DNA from: Elusimicrobiaceae bacterium
GTDB taxonomy: Bacteria > Elusimicrobiota > Elusimicrobia > Elusimicrobiales > Elusimicrobiaceae
Assembly (NCBI GenBank): GCA_017961295.1
Contig: JAGCXL010000023.1
Coordinates: 65,920-129,919 of the forward strand
DNA: 64,000 bases
Reading direction: 5' to 3'
The first letter of the stretch is position 1. Each line of letters begins with the position of its first letter. Below, one piece after another: positions 59,319 to 64,000 of the stretch. A model generated the notes under the pieces. It was not told where the DNA came from, made no database searches, and saw nothing but the letters and a program-made list of their open reading frames with translations. Position numbers and translations under genes: made by a program.

Positions 59319-59409
59319 TTTAGTTCTCCTTGGTGAATATTTTGACCTTTCCTATTCTATTACATTTTAATTCCGGCAGTCAATGAGAATGTCAACTGAC
59401 AATGTAGTA

Positions 59410-60339
59410 TTAGAACAGCCAAATTAGCGGGTTATCGGTAGGTTGTGCGCCTAACCGCTTGCAGAAACGCCCTCCTTTGCGTATATCTTTTTCGGCTTGT
59501 ACTTCGGTTTCGGCGTGGAGTATTGTCACATCACACTGGAATAAAACAGGCATTTCGGGTTGGTCCGTGCCAAAAAAATGACGGATAGAGTAAGAGGCAG
59601 GCAACGTGCCAAACTTGCCGGATACAGAAATTTCCAGTACGGTAGATAAATTAAGTGCCTTTGGGTCATCTTCAACACCCATAACTTGCACCACAAAACT
59701 ATCCCCTTTTGCAGTATAGGCACTGTACATTTCGGGAGTTTCTACCTTTTCCCCGTTGTCATAAGCGTAACCGCCTTTGGTGTATTGTTCGTGTGCCATA
59801 ATGGGCAATTCTACATCTAATTTCTCCATATTGGCGGTATATTTACCGTACTCTACATAATGGGCCTGTTCTGCTTGAAAAATACTGTGTGCGGTGTATT
59901 GCAATCGTTTGTAATGGTTTTGTTGGGAAAGTTCATGTACTATCAGCCATACACCCCACAATACAAAAGCTACCACTAGCACCCCCAAAAACAGATGAAA
60001 CCATTTAGGAGTATTATCATGTATTTTTTGTCCTACAAAGAAGCCTGTAGATATAGCGAAGTGAAATCTTAAGTCATAAACAAAAAAACTAAATACTAGG
60101 GTAAAACAGGCAAAGATTCCTATTACAAAATACTTTAAAAGAGGCCACTGAGCTAGGGTTGTGCCTTTTAACACACAAAATAGTCCAAAAATAAAACAAA
60201 AGCAACATAATAAAAATACAGCAATAACTTTGCCCATGATACCCCAACTCATTGGGGCATCACGTAATTTGCGCATCCGTAGGATACAAAGGGAACATAC
60301 GCAACATAAGAATAGAAAAATCACACTAGGCAGTAACAT
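59410..60339 (-). CDS. Multi-TM protein with C-terminal pilin-like head domain
   Basis: ~4 TM then SIFQAEQAHYVEYGKYTANMEKLDVELP...FCKRLG, matching the pilin at 37012. Confidence 0.65.
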   Translation of the reverse strand: MLLPSVIFLFLCCVCSLCILRMRKLRDAPMSWGIMGKVIAVFLLCCFCFIFGLFCVLKGTTLAQWPLLKYFVIGIFACFTLVFSFFVYDLRFHFAISTGFFVGQKIHDNTPKWFHLFLGVLVVAFVLWGVWLIVHELSQQNHYKRLQYTAHSIFQAEQAHYVEYGKYTANMEKLDVELPIMAHEQYTKGGYAYDNGEKVETPEMYSAYTAKGDSFVVQVMGVEDDPKALNLSTVLEISVSGKFGTLPASYSIRHFFGTDQPEMPVLFQCDVTILHAETEVQAEKDIRKGGRFCKRLGAQPTDNPLIWLF

Positions 60340-60341
60340 GG

Positions 60342-60872
60342 TTACTCCTTTGCTCCGACGGATTTCAAGAGATTGATAATTCCCAGATTAATGGGATTTT
60401 GCGCTAATGCAACATCTAAAGCTGTATCAAAAGATGCTGTTTTATTATTTGCATCCGCATGATGTTGTAACAGCAACGAAACCAGCTGGATATTCCCATT
60501 AGCAACCGCCGCTTTTAAGGGCGTACTTCGTTCGTACTCATCTATACTGTGCGGCATAATCCGCCATCCCTCTTCCACATTCGCGCCGTGTTCTAATAGC
60601 CACTGAGCTTTTGCTATCATTTCATTTTTACAGGCAAAATACAGCGCCGTACACTCTTGCGGGGCACTGTATGGGCCTGAATAAGGAACAATTCTGGCCC
60701 AAATATTCACATCTACACCGCTCTTTAATAAAGCCTCACACACAGCAATAGAAGGGGTTGTAACAAATACAGAGCGCAAAATTTCTTTTGTTATATCCTT
60801 TACATGTGCGGTAATGTAATCGATATTTTCCTTACAAACCGCTTGTAAAAATTGTTCCTCTTGTGACGTCAT
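60342..60872 (-). CDS. Ankyrin-repeat protein
   Basis: TALYFAC, TPLKAAV; ends KSVGAKE. Confidence 0.88.
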   Translation of the reverse strand: MTSQEEQFLQAVCKENIDYITAHVKDITKEILRSVFVTTPSIAVCEALLKSGVDVNIWARIVPYSGPYSAPQECTALYFACKNEMIAKAQWLLEHGANVEEGWRIMPHSIDEYERSTPLKAAVANGNIQLVSLLLQHHADANNKTASFDTALDVALAQNPINLGIINLLKSVGAKE

Positions 60873-60874
60873 GG

Positions 60875-61966
60875 TTACTCCTTGGCTCCGGCGGATTTGA
60901 GCAGGGCTATAATTTCGGGTTTATTATGAACATTAGCTATTTTTAAAGCAGTTTGCCCATTATTATCTCGTGCGTTTACATCAGCATTCATCTCTAGCAA
61001 AAATTTTACCATATTAAGATTTTCTTCACGGACGGCTAACATTAGTGCAGTAGTTCCCTGTGGAGTTTCCATCTTGGCAACCCCGTGTTTAAGCAATTCC
61101 TGTAAGGCCGTTATACTGCCCCCAATAACCGCATATAAGGACACTGAATAACCGTTATCCGCGCATTTCATAACATCTGCTCCGGCTTCTATTAACAAAT
61201 GAACCGTTTCGCTGTTTCCGGATCGTGCGGCTAGCATTAAAGCGGTCTGATTATTGGGTAAAGTATCATTTGGATTAGCCCCGGCTTGTAATAAACTTTC
61301 CACACTTTGAGGGTTACCTGCCGACGCAGCATATAACAATGCAGAAAATCCGTCTTTATCTTTAATAGAAACATTAGCTTTGGCAGAAAGTAATATGTCC
61401 AAAATAGTATCCTTCCCATTTTTTACCGCGACTATCAGGGGTGTTTCCCCATTGGAATTTAAAATATTTACATTGATACCTTGTTCTATAATATTTCCAA
61501 CTTCCTCTGTAAAGCCAAATTTCACAGCGTCAAACAATAATGCTTCTTTTGAGGAGATACGGCTATTGTTTATACGAACTATTTCGGCTATTGTTAATGA
61601 ATTAGTAATTTCTTGTGGAGTACAATCGCTTTCCCAGTTCGTAAAACGGTCCGGGCGAATTAAATGGGACGTTTTATGCAGGTCTGCTCCCTTTGCAACA
61701 AGCCATTTTACTTTGATTAGATTAGCAGTTGCGCACGCATAGCCAAGAGCCGTCCAATCACTCACATAATTCTCCTCTTGTATTTCAGTAGCCCGGGCAT
61801 TGATGTCAACCCCATTACTCAGTAAAACTTGGCTTATTTCAATAGATGATGACAGCACAAAAGCGGCGGTTTTAACCTCTAAACTTATATTATTAAGGTT
61901 TACTTGGACATATTCTTTATTGCCTTTTTCAGCCGCTTGTAAAAATTGTTCTTCTTGTGGTGTCAT
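60875..61966 (-). CDS. Ankyrin-repeat protein
   Basis: Multiple ankyrin repeats; ends KSAGAKE. Confidence 0.92.
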   Translation of the reverse strand: MTPQEEQFLQAAEKGNKEYVQVNLNNISLEVKTAAFVLSSSIEISQVLLSNGVDINARATEIQEENYVSDWTALGYACATANLIKVKWLVAKGADLHKTSHLIRPDRFTNWESDCTPQEITNSLTIAEIVRINNSRISSKEALLFDAVKFGFTEEVGNIIEQGINVNILNSNGETPLIVAVKNGKDTILDILLSAKANVSIKDKDGFSALLYAASAGNPQSVESLLQAGANPNDTLPNNQTALMLAARSGNSETVHLLIEAGADVMKCADNGYSVSLYAVIGGSITALQELLKHGVAKMETPQGTTALMLAVREENLNMVKFLLEMNADVNARDNNGQTALKIANVHNKPEIIALLKSAGAKE

Positions 61967-61968
61967 AG

Positions 61969-63738
61969 CTATTCCTTAGCTCCGGCGGATTTTAAAAGAG
62001 CGATTACTTCAGAGTTGGTTTCTTTTTTCGCTAATGATAACGGAGTGTTTCCTTCTTTATCTGCTATATTCACACCCGCGCCTCTATCCAGCAGTAATTT
62101 GACTATTTCTGTGTCGCTAGTATACCAACTATCGCGCACGGCTGAGAGTAAGGCCGTTGTGCCTTTGTTATCCTGCTTATTAACTTCTGCTCCGTTATCT
62201 AAAAGAACCTTGACTAATTCAGGATTTCGCTTATTAATGGCGTTTAACAGCACGGATTGTCCGGCTTTATTTACAACAGCTATTTGGGCTCCGTTTTCTA
62301 TTAACAATTTTGCCATGGCTGCGCTACTTGCATTAAATAGAGCCGTTTCTCCGTCCCCAGAAGAGGACCCGTTTTTGAATTCGTATCTTTGATTGATGGT
62401 TTGATTCGCTCCTTGTTGTAAGAGAAATTTGGCAATTTCCAGTTTGTCTTCTTGTACTGCATCTCGCAAAGGAGTCGTTCCATCCTCATTTATGGCGTTT
62501 ACGTCCGCTCCGTTACTGACGAGAAGTTTTACAAGTTCTAATGGACCACGAGAACTTGCACCATGCAGGGGCGTTTGATTAAAGGCATCTGCATGGCTGT
62601 TGGCTTGTGCACCTTGTTTCAATAAAAGTTTAGCTAAATTTACTTTAGCTGTTTCATTGTCGTAATAAGAGGAACTTGAACAGAGTTCTACAAGGGCTTC
62701 GTCTAATGTTTCCTGCGAATTTTTATCGGTTTTAAGCAAGTATTCGGCAATTTCTATATGGCCTTTTTCACAAGCTTTGCTCAAAGGACGATTATATTCT
62801 TGGTTAATATCTACTCCCTGGTCTACAAAAAACTGTACGGCAGGGAGAAAATCCGAATTAGCCGCATCTTCCACATAGACGGGTTCTAGGGTACCCCCGG
62901 CTTCTACCAACATTTTAATTGTGTCAATGTCATTGTCATACACGGCGTGTCGCATGGTATCATTAATTTCCACTCCCCGTTTTATTAAAAAACTGACAAG
63001 TTCTTTATTTTTTGCAGTCAAAGCATTCTCTAGGGCACCTTTTTTTGCATTACGGTCCGCAGTATTCCACAATTTGGCAATTTGTTCTTGTTGATTGTTG
63101 GCTACTGCCTCTAAAAGTTGGCTATTTATCTTATCTTCCTGTATATCATTAGCTTTTTCGTGGCCCCATTGTGCAAGTTCTACGCCCCATATTACACCTA
63201 ACGCTAAAAATAACGAAGAACCAATAAGCAACGGAATATAGGAAGTCGTCGTAGACAACACCATTAGTAAACCCACTCCGCCCAATGCTAGGAATTGGCT
63301 TACAACCGGAATCCAGTATTTAACTCCTGCCCAAGCTCCGGCAACGTAAAATAAGAGAACTATCGCCACAGTTAACCATTTAGGAGAAGCAAAAGAACTA
63401 CCAAATTTGCTTAATAGCATAAAAAATACAATCCCGGCTACAATGAGGTTCAAAAAACCAGTGCCTTGTTGTAAAAAACTAGTTGTTTTCGCGTTTCCCA
63501 AAGAACTCATTCCCGCCGCGTACATGGCTAAAATATACCAGGCAGTCTCCAACAATGTAATAATAATTGCCACTACTAGTAACCATATTCCGACTTTGCG
63601 GCTAGCAAACGAACCCACAAAAGCCAAGACGGCCAAGTTAAGGCCCGGACAAGTGGCCCCAATGTAGCCATTAAGGCCCATAAAAACACCCCAACCCAGT
63701 ATTTGTGCCCATACAGACATATTAGCTAATTGTTCCAT
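61969..63738 (-). CDS. Multi-TM ankyrin-repeat protein
   Basis: ~190-aa hydrophobic N-terminus then ~10 ankyrin repeats; ends KSAGAKE. Confidence 0.9.
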   Translation of the reverse strand: MEQLANMSVWAQILGWGVFMGLNGYIGATCPGLNLAVLAFVGSFASRKVGIWLLVVAIIITLLETAWYILAMYAAGMSSLGNAKTTSFLQQGTGFLNLIVAGIVFFMLLSKFGSSFASPKWLTVAIVLLFYVAGAWAGVKYWIPVVSQFLALGGVGLLMVLSTTTSYIPLLIGSSLFLALGVIWGVELAQWGHEKANDIQEDKINSQLLEAVANNQQEQIAKLWNTADRNAKKGALENALTAKNKELVSFLIKRGVEINDTMRHAVYDNDIDTIKMLVEAGGTLEPVYVEDAANSDFLPAVQFFVDQGVDINQEYNRPLSKACEKGHIEIAEYLLKTDKNSQETLDEALVELCSSSSYYDNETAKVNLAKLLLKQGAQANSHADAFNQTPLHGASSRGPLELVKLLVSNGADVNAINEDGTTPLRDAVQEDKLEIAKFLLQQGANQTINQRYEFKNGSSSGDGETALFNASSAAMAKLLIENGAQIAVVNKAGQSVLLNAINKRNPELVKVLLDNGAEVNKQDNKGTTALLSAVRDSWYTSDTEIVKLLLDRGAGVNIADKEGNTPLSLAKKETNSEVIALLKSAGAKE

Positions 63739-63744
63739 ATGTTT

Positions 63745-64000
63745 TTACTCCGTTGCTCCGGCGGATTTTAAGAGGTTAACCATTTCCGTAAATCCTCTCT
63801 CTTGGGCTAACATAAGCGGAGTTTTTCCATCATTATCCCGCAGATTTACATTACTCCCGTACGTTAGCAAATTTTGTGCGATTGCCAGATCCCGCTTTTT
63901 CTCAAAATCCGTATCGACAAAATTAGAGTCAAAAAACGAAGTAATCACTAGTATGTGTAAAGGAGTCCTTGCTTTTTTATTTTGTGCGTTTACATTTGCC
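63745..64000 (-). CDS. Ankyrin-repeat protein (3' part; starts beyond window)
   Basis: Frame open to window edge (ANVNAQNKKARTPLHIL...GKTPLMLA); ends KSAGATE. Confidence 0.88.
   Translation of the reverse strand, partial: ANVNAQNKKARTPLHILVITSFFDSNFVDTDFEKKRDLAIAQNLLTYGSNVNLRDNDGKTPLMLAQERGFTEMVNLLKSAGATE

Noticed and set aside
53939-64000. Integron attC cassettes or CRISPR array
   Set aside because: No RYYYAAC...GTTRRRY hairpins between genes, gaps are often 2-6 bp, no constant repeat-spacer period, and no intI or cas gene in the window

Overview
Bacterial chromosomal window, most likely Elusimicrobiota (inferred from the PilE-type prepilin, the ankyrin expansion and a diderm anaerobe gene set; not verified). 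About 54 kb is mostly housekeeping: hpf (partial), obgE-rpmA-rplU, dnaJ, mnmA, smc, nfo, rmuC, dnaE, alaS, a monomeric [FeFe]-hydrogenase, an RND efflux operon, purB/purA, deoB, nadE, a DpsL-like ferritin, tRNA-Ala(GGC) and tRNA-Val(GAC). The last ~10 kb is an AT-richer, minus-strand array of nine ankyrin genes plus envelope genes. Main unexplained signals: (1) a 659-bp integrase-free, single-gene cassette inserted in the 3' end of a NUDIX gene between 25-bp perfect direct repeats; (2) ankyrin genes sharing a conserved 3' junction that is also the next gene's RBS, bounded by 33-bp att-like repeats and 11-bp-phased sites; (3) a highly structured 5' leader with a predicted long-range pseudoknot upstream of a type IV pilin gene; (4) a complete Chlamydia-type aaxABC arginine/agmatine operon. 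All calls come from reading the sequence; no searches were run.
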